Positions 50,790 through 64,000 of a stretch of 64,000 nt of DNA are shown here, in pieces. The stretch is from positions 65,350,001-65,414,000 of the forward strand of contig NC_087437.1 of NCBI RefSeq assembly GCF_036321535.1. The letters run 5' to 3'. A program made the position numbers and the translations under genes. Source of the DNA: Camelus dromedarius. Its lineage: Eukaryota. The notes beneath the pieces are model-generated. The model did no database searches, was not told the origin of the DNA, and worked only from the letters and a program-made list of their open reading frames with translations. Numbering within the stretch: the first letter of the stretch is position 1; each line of letters opens with the position of its first letter.

Positions 50790-51130
50790 TTATGTGTTTT
50801 GGTTCACTCTTGTTGTATAAAAACTGCTCCAAATGTTAATAATGTAAAATAACTACCATTTTATTATACTTACAGATTCTGTGGGCAAGGACTTAGACTA
50901 AGGCAAGGTGGGGATATTACATCCATAAGGTCTGGGGTATCAGCTGGGAATGCTTGAATACCTAGGGCTTATAATCCTTTGCAGGCTTCTTTACTCACGT
51001 GTCTGGGCTAGAATGACGCAAAGTTTGAGCTCATTTTGGAAAGTCAATGACTTCTTTAGGAGTCTTGGCCTTCCTCACAGCATGGTGGCCTTTTTACATA
51101 GTGGCTTAGGGCTTCAAAAAGTCTGGCAAG
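50790..51130 (-). mobile_element. Old MLT1 LTR remnant
   Basis: accattttattatacttacagattctgtgggcaagga; ttggccttcctcacagcatggtggcc. Confidence 0.55.
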
Positions 51131-54100
51131 TGATTTTGAAAATGAATGGGAGCAGTATTTCTGCTGCTTTGGTGTTATTGCAATGGAGATTTTACTTTCA
51201 TTCCAGTGTCCAGTCTCAAGTTTTTTGTATGTCAAGAGGCAGCTGTAGTGTGTGTGTATGTGTGTGTGTATATATTATATTGTATTATAACAATATGCTC
51301 TTCAGCTCAATAATTGATTGACAGTAGTCTTCTGATTTTGTTTCTAACAGTAGCAAAGGTGTCTCCTTCCACAGTGAATCTGTTTGATGACCATATTCTG
51401 AGAGTCATACCTGTAGTCTAAATTTAGAGTTTACGTCTCCAACCTTTCAATGACTTGATGTGCATCTAGTTTCTTGTATTGAATCACTTTCCACATAATA
51501 GAACTAGAATGGTTTCTGTTTCCTACAACTGCTCCCTGATTACAGTGATGTTTTAGCCCAGCTGTAGTGCTCTATGCCATTTAGAGAAAATTTAACATTC
51601 TAAAAAAGTTCACCCTTGTAACAATAAGCAGATTAAAGCAAATGGGAAATTGTTATTCTTTATTTTACAGACGATCCCCCCCCAAATTACAAATTTCTTT
51701 AAATTAGCTGATTTTTCTTGTATCTTTAAGTCAAGATTTATTTTAGTGTATTGTATAGAGTAAGGTACAAGAGTGATTTACTGAAAAATGGCTTATTGCC
51801 TCCCATTGAAATTATTTTAACATAGTCCTTGCCCAAGCATTACAGAAGTATGTAAATGAAGATTTAATTTAATACTTGGTAAACTAGTCTTGTTAAGCTA
51901 ATATGCCATACAATTCCTAGACAATGAATATTAGTATTATGCCTATGCCACAGAGGGTGATTCTATGGTGAAATAAATGTTGAACATAATACTAAATCAA
52001 AATAAGCATTGAATTTAAACTTCATGAAAATAAATAAATTTGCATTTAACTATATAAAATAGAGCCAAATCGAACAGTTGGTTAAAATGTTTGAAAACCT
52101 ACAGTACTTTACCTTTGCTTGCTTTTGTAGTTGAGGTAACTCTTCTTTCCCTCCCTCCCTTCTTAATCATTAGTTATATAACTCTGGTTTGAGAACTTGA
52201 TTTGTTAATTGACTTAATGTTATTGTTTGCTTGATCAATTTAAGTAGGAAAATAATTTACTAAAGGATATTAGGCAGCTTACAATCTCAGGGAGAAAAGC
52301 TTTGCAGCCAAAAACAGTGCACAACCACACTGGAGTGAAGTTCTGTTTCAGTTAGAACATGGCTGTCAGTGGCTCAGCATTGATGACACTGGGGACAACA
52401 TGCTAGGAGCTGTGTGACTGGTGACCTGGTATAGCAGGGTATCTCTGCCATCATACTCACTAAAACTGAGGTTTACATGAGTTTTGTCTTTATGTCAGTG
52501 ATTTTTTTTTTTTAACTGTCAAAAAAGTAATAAGTTATATCATTTTTCTCTAATTTTTTGCTGACACTTCTGAGGTGTTTAAGCTCTTACATTTTTAGGA
52601 CTTTTTTCTGAAGAATTTTAAGCTGAAGGCCCAAAGGGACTAAATCACAGTCCTCTCCTTGAAGTCAGCTTAATTTTTATTCCCAGTTTTAATTGGATTC
52701 TTCTGCAGTAAAGTTTTCATGGCTATGATTTCATTGTCAAAGCTAAAATGCTTTGAACAATTTCATGTTTATACTCAGCTGAATGTTTATTCTCTGAAAT
52801 CCAAGGTTTCAAAGGGCTTCTTCCTGTTTACTAATAATTTCCTTTTTTTTTTTCAAGTTTAATTTCTATTGCATTTATTTAACTGAATGTTTAAAAACTT
52901 TTGGGGCTGAAATTTACAGTCTTTCAGAAAATGATCTTTTACTGAAATGCTGCCTTAGGCTTTGTCACTGATGAGCAAAATGTTTTAACTTGGGAGAGCA
53001 ATTGACTTATTTTTAAAATTTTAGCTTTAGGTATAACTGACATATAAAATTATCAGATATTTAAAGTATACATTGATTTGATATACATATACACTGGGAA
53101 GGACTTACCACAATCTAGTTAACACACCCATCTCCTCACATACCTCCTCACATTTTTTTTTTTTGTTTGTTTGGTGCAGACACTTAAGTTCTACTCTATT
53201 AGCAAATTTCCATTATACATTACAGCCTTGCCATGATAATCACAATGTTTTACATTAGATCCTCAGAACTTATTCATCTTATAGTTGAAAGTTTGTACCC
53301 TTTTACACATCTTGCCCTATTTTTCCCTCTCATCAGCCCCTGGCAACCACTATTTTACTCTCTATGAGTTTGACTTTTTCTTTTTTTTAAGAGTCAACAT
53401 ATAAGTGATACCATGCAGCATTTGTTTTTTTCTATCTGGCTTGTTTCACTTCACTTCACTACCATGTTGTTACCAATGGTACAGTTTCTACCCTTTTCAT
53501 GACTGAATAACATTCTGTGTGTGTGTGTATGTGTGACATCTTTATCCATACATCTGTTGATGGACACTTAGGTTGTTTCCATATCTTGGCTATTGTGAAT
53601 AATGATGAAATAAACATGGGAGTGCAGATATATCTTAATATCATATATACCCAGAAGTGGAATTGCTGGGTCATGTGGTAGTTCTATTTTTCATTTTTTG
53701 AGGAAACTCTGTATTGTTTTTCAAAGTCACTGGACTAATTTGTGCACCAGTAATGCACAAGAGTTTTTCCCTCCACATCCTCATAAATACTGGTTATCTC
53801 ATCTTCTTGATAATAACTATTCCAACATGTGTGAGGTGATATCTCATTGTGGTTTTGACTTGCATTTCCCTAAAGGTAAGTGATGTTGAGCACTTTTTCA
53901 TGAACTTCTTGGCCATTTCCATCTTGACTTCGGAAAAGTGTTCAGTTCCTCTGCCCATTTTAAAATCAGATTTTTTGAGTTTTGCTATTGAGTTTTATGA
54001 CCTCTTTATATAGTTTGGATATTAATCCCTTATCAGATGATTTGCAAATATTTTCTCCCATTCTGTAGGTTGCCTTTTCATTTGCTGATGGTTTCATTTG

Positions 54101-54300
54101 TTGTGCAGAAGCTTTTTAGCTTGATGAAGGCTATTTTTGCTTTTGTTGTGAAATCCAAAAAAATATTGCTAAGACTGATGTCAAAGAGCATATTGCCTAT
54201 GTTTTCTTCTGCTTTATGGTTTCAGGTCATACATTCAAGTCTTTAATCCATTTGAGTCATTTCTCTTTAAAACTTAACCACTATTTTACATCATATTCTC

Positions 54301-54385
54301 TTTTTTTTTTAATGATGGTATTGGAGATTGAACCCAGGACCTTGTGCATGCTAAGCATACACTCTAGCACTGAATGTTTCACTCC
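54301..54385 (-). mobile_element. tRNA-Ala-derived SINE (Vic-1 type)
   Basis: poly-T, then ggagattgaacccaggaccttgtgcatgctaagcatacactctagcactga. Confidence 0.8.
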
Positions 54386-54806
54386 ATACAAGTTTCATTC
54401 CTTTGCATGTTGCTGTCAAGTTTTCCCAGAACTATTTATCAGAGAAGATGCTTTCCCTATTGTATATTCTTAGCTTCTTTGTTGTAAGTTAATTGACCAT
54501 ACATGCATGAGTTTATTTCTGGGCTCTCTTCTGTTCCATTGATCTGTGTGTGTCTTTTTGTGCCAATATCATACTGTTTTGATTACTGTACCATTGCAGT
54601 ATAGTCTGAAGTCAGGGAGTGTGATGGCTGTAGTTTTGTTCTTCTTTCTCAAGATTACTTTGGCTATTTGGGGTCTTCTGTGGTTCCATTCAAATTTTAA
54701 GATTGTTTGTTCTATTTCTATAAAAAAAAATACCACTGGGATTTTGATAGAGTATTGCATTAAATCTGTATAGTGCTTTGGGTTGTATGAACATTTTTAC
54801 AGTATT

Positions 54807-54898
54807 GGGGGTGGGGAGTGGGTGTAGCTCAGTTGTCGAGCACGTGATTTTCATGCATGAGGTCTTGGGTTCAATACCCAGTACCAACATTAAAGAAA
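54807..54898 (+). mobile_element. tRNA-Ala-derived SINE (Vic-1 type)
   Basis: gggtgtagctcagttgtcgagcacgtg...gcatgaggtcttgggttcaatacccagtacc. Confidence 0.8.
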
Positions 54899-57452
54899 TA
54901 CTAATTCTTCCAATTCATGAGCATGGAATATCTTTCCATTTATTTGTGTCTTATTTAATTTCTTTCATTAACGTCATAATTTTCAATGTACAGCTATTTC
55001 AACTCTGGTTGAAATCTATTCTTAGGTATTTTATTCTTTAATGTGATTGTAAATGGGATTGTTTTCTTAATTTCTCTGATAGTTTGTTGTTGATGCATAG
55101 AAATGCAGTTGATTAGTATATTGATTTTCTGTCTTGGAGTTTTGCTGTATTTGTTGATTAGTTCTACCAGTTTTTGGTGGAGTATTTAGGATTTTCTATA
55201 AATATTATGTCATCTGAAAGTAAAATTTTATTTCTTCCATTCTGACTCAGATGCCCTTAATTTATTTTTGCCTTATTGTTCTAGCTAGAACTTCCAGTAC
55301 ACTGTTGAATGAAAGTGGTGAGAATGGGCATAGTTGTCTTGTTCCTGAACTTAGAGGAAAAGCTTTCAGTTCTTCATGGCTGAGTATGTTGTGGCCTTGT
55401 CATATATGGTCTTTATTATGTTGAGGCACATTCCCTCTATGCCCACTTTGTTGTGAATTTTTATTAAAAATAGATACTGAATTTTATCAAATGCTTTTCC
55501 TGCATCTATTGAGAAGATTATATCATTTTATTCTTCCTTTTTGTTACTATATATTGCATTAATTACAGATGCTGAACCATCCTTTCATCTGTGGAATAAA
55601 TCCTACTTGATCATAAGATCTTCTTGAAGTATTGTTGACTTTTGATAATATTTGAAGACTTTGTATGTATGTTCATCAGAGATATTGGCCTGCTATTTTC
55701 ATCACTTATAGTGTCCTTTTCTGGCTTTGGTATCCAGGTAATCTTGGCCTTGTAAAATGAGTTTGAAGTGTTCCATCCTCTATTTTTTTGGAAGAAGTTG
55801 AGAAGTGTTGTTAATAATTCTTCTTTAAATGTTTGGTAGAATTCACCAGTGAAGCCATCTGGTTCTGGACTTTTGTTAGGTTTTTGATTACTAATTTAAT
55901 ATCTTTATTAGTAATTGGTCTATTCAGATTTTCTATTCATGATTTGGTCCTGACAGGTTGTATTTTTAAAGAATGTATCCATTTCTTCTAGGTTCTCCAA
56001 TTTATTGGCATGCAGTTGTTCATAGTAGGATCTTACAATCTTTTATTTTTGTGGTATCACTTGTAATGTCTCCTCTTTCTGATTTTATTTATTTTAGGCT
56101 TATATCTTCTTTGGTGAAACTGGCTAAGGTTTGTATATTTTGTCTTTTCAAAAAACCAGCTCTTTCATTGATCTTTCCTACTGTTGTTTTAGTCTCTATT
56201 TTATTTATTTCTGCTCTGATCTTTATTTCCTTCTACTAATTTTGGGCTTCATTTGCCCTTTTTCTAGTTCTTGAGGTATAAAGTTGGATCGTTTGAAATT
56301 TTCTGGTTTCTTAATGTAGGTATTTATCACTATGAACTTCCCTCTTAGAAATGATTTTGCTGCATACCATAAGTTTTGGTGTGTTGTATTTCCATTTTCA
56401 CTTGTGTCAAGATTTTTTAATTTTTTCATTTGATTTCTTCTTTGACACACTGGTTGTTCAGAAGCATGTTGTTTAATCTCTGTATACTTATGAATTTTCC
56501 AGTTTTCTTCTTGCAATTGATTTCTAATTTCATAACACTGTGGTCAGAAAAAGGACTTGATATGATTTCAATCTTCTTAACATTTATTAAGACTCCTTTT
56601 GTGGCCTAAGATACAATTTATTCTGGCAAATGTTCCCAATGTGCTTGAAAAGACTATGTATTCTTTTTCTTTTGGATGGAATGTTTTGTAAATGTCAGTT
56701 ATGTTCATCTGGTCTAATGTGTCATTTAAATCCCATGTTGCTTTATTGATTTTTTTTTTTTTGTCTGATGAACTGTCCATTGATGAAAGTGGGATATTTT
56801 CCTACTATTTGTATTGTTTATTTCTCTCTTTATGTCTGCTAATATTTGCTTTATATATTTAAGTGCTCCTAAGTTGGGTGCCTAAATATTTAGAAATATT
56901 ATATCCTCTTGTTGAATTGACCCCTTTACCATTATTTAATGACCTTCTCTGTCTCTTGTGATAATCCTTGATTTAAAGTCTTTTTTATTTGTCACAAGTA
57001 TAGCCACCTAGCTTTCTTTTGTTTACCATCTGCATGAAATGAAATATCTTTTTCCACCCCTTTAGTCTCTATCTTATGTGTATTTAAAACGAAAGTGAGT
57101 CTCTTGTAGGCAGCATATACCTGTATCTTGTTTTTTTTTTAACTCCATTCAGCCACTTTTTGTCTTTTGATTGAATAGTTTAGTCCATTTATATTTAGAC
57201 TTACTATTGATAGGTATGTACTTATTGCCACTTTGTTAATTGTTTTCTGGCTGTTTTACAATTGCTTTGTTCCTTTCTTCTTTTGTTCTCTTCCATTGTG
57301 ATTGGGTGCTTTTCTGTAGTGGTGTGCTTAGATTCCTTTCTCTTTAATGTTATCTAGTATAGGTTTTTGTTTTGTGGCTACCATGAGGCTTATATAAAAC
57401 ATTAGTTATTTATTTCAGTTGCTTCAAACTTGATGTATTTCTTTGACATAGA

Positions 57453-57617
57453 ACATTGTACCTCTGTATCCATGGATTCAACCAACCATAGAACCCTCAG
57501 ATACAGAGGGCTGACTGTACTATGCCATTTTATATAAAGGACTTGGGCATCTGCAGATTTTGGTAACTGCAGGGAGTCCTAGAACTAATCCCCCTTGGAT
57601 ACCAAGGGATGACTATA
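57453..57617 (-). mobile_element. MER2-like Tigger-family MITE nested in L1
   Basis: gccattttatataaaggacttgggcatctgcagattttggta...aatcccccttggataccaagggatgacta. Confidence 0.7.
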
Positions 57618-59732
57618 TTAGTTCTAGGTATAGAAACATATTTATAACAGTCTATTTTAAGTCCATAACAACTTAAGTTCAAATGCATTCTAAAACTGTA
57701 CATTTTTACCCTCCCTCCCAAATTTGTGTTTTGATGCCACAATTTACATCTTTTTATCTTGTGTATCCACTAATAAATTATTTTAGCTATAGTTATTTTT
57801 ACTATTTTTGTCTTTTAGCCTTCATACTAGATTTTTTAGTGATCAACCTACCTCCATTACAGCATTAAATTATTCTTAATGTTACTATATATTTACCTTT
57901 ACCAGTGGGGTTTATACTTTTATATGTTTTCCTGTTACTAATTAACACTCTTTTGCTTCAAATTAAAGAAATACCTTTAATAATATTTGTAGGCTGGTCT
58001 AGTGGTGAAGAACTCTTTCTGCTTTCACTTGTCTGGAAGATTCTTTACCTCTACTTCAGTTCTGAAGGACAAATTTGCCAGGTAGAGGTTTCTTGGTTGG
58101 CATTTTTTTTTTCTGTCAGCACTTTGAATTTATCATGCTACTCCATTATGGTCTACACATTATGGTCTTATGGGAAATTCCATTGTATGTAACATGTTAT
58201 CTTGCTCTTGTTGCTTTTAACATTCTTTCCTTGTCTTTAATTTTTGACAATTATGTATCTTGGTATAGATCTCTTCAGATTTATCTTATTTTGAACTTTC
58301 TGGGCTTCCTGGATCCAAATGTGTTTCCTTCCCCAGATTAGGGACGTTTTCAGCCATTATTTCTTCAAATAAGTTTCTTTCTTTTCTTTCTCTTTTCTCC
58401 ATCTGGGATCCCTATAATATGAATCCTGGCCCACTTAATGTTGTCCTATAAGTCCCTTAAGTAATCTTCTTTTTTCATTCTTTTCTTCTCTGATTGTATG
58501 AAATCCACTGTCCTGTCTTAGAGTTCATTGATCCTTTTTCTGCTTCATCTAGTCTATTGTTGAAGCCTTCTGTTAAATTTTACTGTGCAGTAATTGTATT
58601 CTTCAGGTCTGTGATTTCTGTTTGGTAGGTACTTGGATGTATTTTCTATCTCTTTGTTTAAATTCTCACTTCATTCAATGCATTGCACTTCTGAACTTGG
58701 TAAGCATCCTTATTACCATTACCATAGGTAAGTCATTTATCTTTGTTTCATTAAGGCCTGTTTCTGGAGTTTTATCTTTTTCTCTTGTTTGGATTATATT
58801 CCTGCTTCTTCCTTTTCTTTGACTCTCAGTGTTGGTTTTACAATATTCAAAACAGCCACCTCTTCTAGGCTTGATGGAGTGGCCTTCTATAGGAGGTGAA
58901 CATTATCATTCAGCCTGTCAGGAGCTCTTGGTGGTCTCTCAATCCTTTGAGATTGTCCAAGCTCATTTTTGTTCTTAGTGGCTCCCAGTATTTGAGGGTA
59001 TGCCAAGACCCATTTACGTGTGGGTATTTTCTCCTTCATCCAATCTTGAGAAGTCAATCAGCTAGTTTTGGACTTCTTTCAGAGGAAATTGCTCCATGTG
59101 TAGCTGTAGATTTGGTGTATCAGTTTAGAAGTCTCCTATGTTGTCATCTTGGGCCATAACTTGAAATAACAAATTATAACAATAAAATGCCAGTATATCT
59201 TGATTGATGCTGAAGAAGCAAACTGACATACTGAACCATATGAGTAATTGTTCACATCCAGTCCCACAATGAGTGGGAAGAAAGAGGTAAAAAACAAACA
59301 AACAAACAAACAAAAAAAAACCCCACGATGTACGCTGAGGTAACCAAATAAGAAAGAAGTTTGTCTAAATATAGTCTCCAAAGAGATTAAATCTTGAGTT
59401 TCTATATTACTCATTTTTTAACAAAATCTTTTTATTCCTGACATTTGATACTGGTGTCTAAAAGATATATGCATGTGGGTAAAATCATCCTTCCCTCCCA
59501 GTATGAACAAATTTACCTAAACTTCGAAAAAGCTTATGAGTTTTTTGTTTTTAGGGCTATTCAACAATTAATTTGACTACTTCTTTATTAATGGGCATTA
59601 GGCTTTCAGTCTTTCACTATCTCAAAACAAACTTTAATGATCATAGTAATACTTCTTTGTAAACATGTGTGATTATATCTGTAGAATGAATTCTCAGAAT
59701 TGAAATTGCTTGGCAAAAGAATATGCATTTTA

Positions 59733-59890
59733 AGGTGGCAGTTATAGCTCAGTGGTAAAGTGCATGCTTAGCATGCATGAGGGTGCTGGGTTCAATCCCC
59801 CATACCTCCGTTAAATTTTTTTTAAAAGTAAATAAATAAAAGAAAATGAATAAAAACAATTATCTACCCCCACCAAAAAAAGGAAAAAAA
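59733..59890 (+). mobile_element. tRNA-Ala-derived SINE (Vic-1 type) with 13-bp TSD
   Basis: tatagctcagtggtaaagtgcatgcttagcatgcatgagggtgctgggttcaatcccc; A-rich tail; TSD aatatgcatttta at 59720-59732 and 59891-59903. Confidence 0.88.
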
Positions 59891-62701
59891 AATATGCATT
59901 TTAGACTTTGATTGCAAATGGTTTCCAAAACGGTTTAACCAATTTACATTCCCACCAACAGTATATAAGAACTCTAGTCTCCTCATATCTTCACCAAAAT
60001 TTTGCTTTGTACAATACTTTGATATTTGTTGATGGGAAAAATACCGTTTAATATTCATTTCTTTAATAATGAGTATTGGACACATTTTAATTTATTTTAA
60101 AGACGCATATTTCTTTCTCAGTGAACTCCCAGTACTTAACCTTTGTAAATTTTTCTAGTGTTTTCTTCCTTGTTTTTAATGTATGAGCACTTTGCACATT
60201 ATAGAAACTAGTCTTATCTGTCAGATTGATTGCAGGCTGTCCTTTTTTACTCTATTTTTACATAATGAAGTTTATCAACCATTTGTTTGTTTTGGTTTTA
60301 TATTGGTACTGAATTTTATGTCATCTTTAGCAAAGCCTTCTTTACTCCAAGAATATTGTAATATATATTTCTCATGTCTTTTTCTAGCATTTTTATGGTT
60401 TTTCTCTATACATTTATATTTTTTTTATGGGAACTTACTTTGGTTTAAGGAGATTATTTTTCAGATGCCTAGGTTAGTCATCCCAACAACAATTGAATGA
60501 CCTATCTTTATTTATTGAATGACCTACCTGACTTTCAAGCCTACTTATTTACAATGACAAAATTTCTGTATGCTTTTGGGTCTCTTTCTGTATTTTCTGT
60601 TTTGTTCTACTGATTCAACTTTTTTTATACATCTGTACCAAAACTGGTATGAGTAACAGTTATATAATTTGTTTTAAACTGTAAACTGTAATTTTATACT
60701 GTATTTAACTTATTTGTGCGGCTAGACCTCATTTATGACTCTTGTTTTTCAGAATTTCCTGCCTATATTACATGGTTACTTTTTCAGATGAATTTTTAAA
60801 TCATCCGTTTTACTCTTCTGAAAAATCAGTTATTTTCAGTGGAATTATTTATTTCTAAAATATAAACTGTATACCAATTTCAAGTCTTCTTGTCCAAAAG
60901 CAACAAAGCAATGTATGTCTTATTAATTCAAGTCCTTTTAATGTTCCTTAATAGAGGTTAAAATCATTTTCACACAGATCCTTTGGATTCAAGTTTATTA
61001 CTACATATTTTATCTTTTTGATAGCATTATAAATAAGTTTCCCCATTTTAAAGTTGACTTTTGTTTATTTGTAGCAAAGCCTTTTCTTCTGGGGTATGAA
61101 TTTTGTAACCAGCCGTATATTAAAAAGTCACTCTATTTTTTTATTAGTTTTTAAGTTGATTCTCTTGAGATTTCAGGTATAAAATTTTATCCCCTATAAA
61201 TATAAAAACTTTAGCCACATTCTTTTGAATACATATACATAATATATTTTCCCTTTACTTAACTGCATTGGCTAGCACTTAAAATGTAAACTAACAGTCC
61301 ACAGATGGTAAACTGCTAGTTTTTGGATGTCTGAAAAAGTCATTGTTCCCCCTCATTCTTGGATAATTGATATTTATTTGTCAAGTACATTCCTCAGCAG
61401 AGGTTGAGGTTAATTGACATACAATAAACTGTACACATTTAAAACTGACAACCACTGATCTGTTGTTAATTTCACACTAAAAATAATACATCCATCACCT
61501 CCCCTCAGTTTCCTCATTTATACTTGTAATCCCTCTATGTTGCCTCTCCCCATTGGCCTCTACCCTCAACAACCACTCATGTACTTTCTGTTACTATACA
61601 TTAATTTGCATTTCACAGAATTGTGTATTAGAGCAATCATACAGTTTTTAGTTGATTTTTGTCTGGCTTCTTTCACTCACCGTGAATAGGTTGCAATTCC
61701 AACATGCTGTTGTGTGTATCAAGAGCTCATTTCTTTTCATTGCTGAGAAGTATTCCACTGTATGGATATGCCACAATTTGTTTAACTGTTTACCCATTGA
61801 TGAATATTTGGATGTTTCCAGTCATCAGTTATCTTTTAGAGATTTACAAACCAAGTATTTTTTACTTACCCATGTATTTACCATTTCCATTGTTCTCCAT
61901 TTCTGTGTAGATCTAGATTTCCTTTTGGTATTATTTTCCTTTTTCCTGAAGGGCTTCCTATAATGTTTCTTGTAGTGCTGATTTTCTAATACTGGATTCT
62001 TTAAGCTTTTGTGTCTGTGAAATATCTATTTTACCTTCATTTTTTAATGATACTTTGTCAAGTATAGAATTGTAGATTGACAATTTCTTTCAGTACCTTG
62101 AAAATGTTCTTCCACTGTCTGTTAGTTCATATAATTTGAGAAGTCTGCTGTTACTCTTCTATATTTGTTCCTCTATGTGTTTATACATACATATATATAT
62201 ACATATATATATATATACACACACACACATTTTGTTGCTGTTGTTGGCTTTTTTTTTTTTTTTTTACAAATTTTGATTATGACGTGCTTTGGTGTATTCT
62301 TCATGTTTCTTATACTTGAAGTCCATAGTTCATTAACCTTCTTTGATCTGTGGATTTACATGTTCATCAAATTAGAAAGATTTTTGGCATTACTTTTTCA
62401 AACATTTTTCTGTCCCATCATCTCTATCCTTTCCTGGGACTCCTATTGTATGTTTATTAAGCAGCTTGAAGTTGGACAATAGCTGACTCATTCTCTGTTC
62501 ACTGATTCTGGTTTTTTCCTCTGTTTCATTTTGAGTGGTACGTCTTTGAGTTCAGTAATTTTTCTTTTTCAGTGTCAATTCTGTTGTTCATCCCATCTGG
62601 TGTATATTTTACTTCTAGAAGTTTAACTCAGATCTTTTTTATATTTCCCATGTCTCTTAACATACTGGTGCTTTCTTCTATCTCCTTGAATATATGAAAT
62701 A

Positions 62702-63191
62702 CAAATCTTCTTCGAGTTATGAGATTACATCCTGATAAACCCATTGTAAATTGAAAATATCCTAAGTCAAAAATGAATTTAATACACCTAGCCTGTCAAA
62801 CATCATAGCTTAGCCTAGCCTACCTTTAAGATGTTCAGAACACTTACTAGCCTACAGTTGAGCAAAATTATTTTACACAAAGCCTTTTATAACAATTTAT
62901 AAATTTATTTATTGAATACTGTACTTATGGTGAAAAATAGAATGTTTGTATGGGTACAGAATGATTTGAAGTGTATCAGTTGTTAACCCTCATGATCATG
63001 TGGTTGACTGGGAGCTGTGGCCCAATGCTGCTACCTAGCATCTTGAGAGATGATTGTACTACACATTGCTAGCTTGGGAAAAGATCAAGATTCAAAATTT
63101 GAAGTATGGTTTCTACTGAATGTGCATTGCTTTTGCACCATCATAGAGCTGAAAAATTGTAAGTTGAATCACTAAGTCAAGGACTATCCGT
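62702..63191. mobile_element. Tigger3/MER7-family non-autonomous DNA transposon
   Basis: ttacatcctgataaacccattgtaaattgaaaatat...catcatagcttagcctagcctaccttta...gtatggtttctactgaatgtgcattgcttttgcaccat; TA flanks. Confidence 0.8.
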
Positions 63192-63419
63192 ATATTTACA
63201 ATAGCTGACTTAATGTTCTTGTCCACTGATTTTATTCTATGTGTCATTTCTGGGTCAGTTTATATTGGCATTTTCTCTTTATCAGGAATTGTATTTTCCT
63301 ATTGACATAGTATCATTGCCTGGATGCCAGACATTGTAAATTTTTTGTTATTAGCTGCTATTTGTTTTCTATTATTTAGATACTGAGTTTTGTATTCCAT
63401 GGCACAATAACATTTTTTT

Positions 63420-64000
63420 TTAGAAACAGTAAAGTCTTTTGCTTTTTATTCTGAAATAAATATATAACCACACCAAGTTGCCAAAAATTATACAGGATAG
63501 TAGTATAGCTTGTGGATAAGTGTAATGAATGGAAGTAGTAATATAAGGAATGAGGAGGAGATATTAGGAATGCTTTGTTAATATAAGATACTTGCACTAT
63601 CCATGAAACAGTATAGTGTTACTTAAAAGTGGACTTGTATCAGTAGTAAATGTATATTGCAAACTCTAGGGTATCTGCTAAAAAAAAAAGTAAAAAAGAG
63701 AAGTATAATTAAGAAAGGAAGGGGAAAGGAATCATATAAGATGCCCAGTTCAAACCACAAAAGGAAGAAATAAGTGGAAGAAAAATACAGGAACAAAGAA
63801 CAAGGGCAATGAATAGAAAATAACTATGGTAGACATTAATCCAACTATATAATCACTTTAAATGTCAATTGTCTAAATACATTAGTTAAAAGACAGACTG
63901 TCAAAGTGATTCAAAAAACAAGACCAATATGTAGGTGACAAGAAATTTAAATACAAATGAATATATAGATGAAAAGTAAAGAGATGGAGAAAGATATACC
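63420..64000 (+). mobile_element. L1MC/MD-like inter-ORF region and ORF2 start, running off the window
   Basis: atggtagacattaatccaactatataatcactttaaatgtcaattgtctaaatac...aaaagacagactgtc (endonuclease N-terminus wording). Confidence 0.7.

Larger units (their letters stand above)
53010..59155 (-). mobile_element. Near-full-length but decayed L1 (about 6 kb), same strand as STXBP5L
   Basis: 3' UTR 53010-53500; ORF2 remnants ([62 protein letters not shown]); ORF1-like region 57900-58700; 5' terminus-like gtagctgtagatttggtgt...tgtcatcttgg near 59100-59152; frames broken. Confidence 0.88.
59570..63365 (-). mobile_element. Composite old L1M fragments
   Basis: T-rich antisense L1 wording (aatttacattcccaccaacagtatataaga; a second 3' UTR-like piece at 61400-61830); boundaries approximate. 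Confidence 0.6.

Noticed and set aside
59733..59810. tRNA-Ala gene (also 1740-1815, 18045-18119, 54310-54385, 54815-54890)
   Set aside because: Degenerate cloverleaf, A-rich tails and TSDs identify these as SINEs, not tRNA genes.
60492..60526. attgaatgaccta repeated at 22-bp period
   Set aside because: Small local duplication inside old L1.
1..64000. A novel multi-gene system, CRISPR array, operon or prophage
   Set aside because: The sequence is mammalian exon/intron/TE DNA; there are no regularly spaced repeats or long ORFs, and all recognisable coding sequence belongs to POLQ, STXBP5L or decayed L1.
48367..64000. Further upstream STXBP5L exons
   Set aside because: I looked for the preceding hypervariable-region exon and did not find it; it is probably beyond the window. 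A very short exon could have been missed by eye.

Overview
Mammalian genomic DNA (AT-rich, CpG-poor, repeat-dense), most likely from a camelid, judging by five short tRNA-Ala-derived Vic-1-type SINEs. The window holds the convergent 3' ends of two known genes, in the same tail-to-tail order as human 3q13.33. On the + strand are the last four coding exons of POLQ (DNA polymerase theta; stop 12379, AATAAA 13256). On the - strand are the last seven coding exons of STXBP5L (tomosyn-2; stop 28516) plus a long 3' UTR. All 11 exons have canonical GT/AG ends and splice in frame. Most of the rest is transposable element. Repeat family names come from my recall of consensus sequences, not from a search. 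I find no support for a new gene or a new biological system; nearly all ORF-track ORFs are noise or decayed L1. The observations most worth following up are: (1) a Tigger1 DNA-transposon derivative that looks retrotransposed as a polyadenylated RNA (15916-16207); (2) a multi-layer nested TE stack between the genes; (3) a 55-bp near-perfect dispersed duplication; (4) a possible in-frame alternative acceptor in POLQ insert 3; (5) miR-137 and miR-92 8mer sites in the putative STXBP5L 3' UTR.
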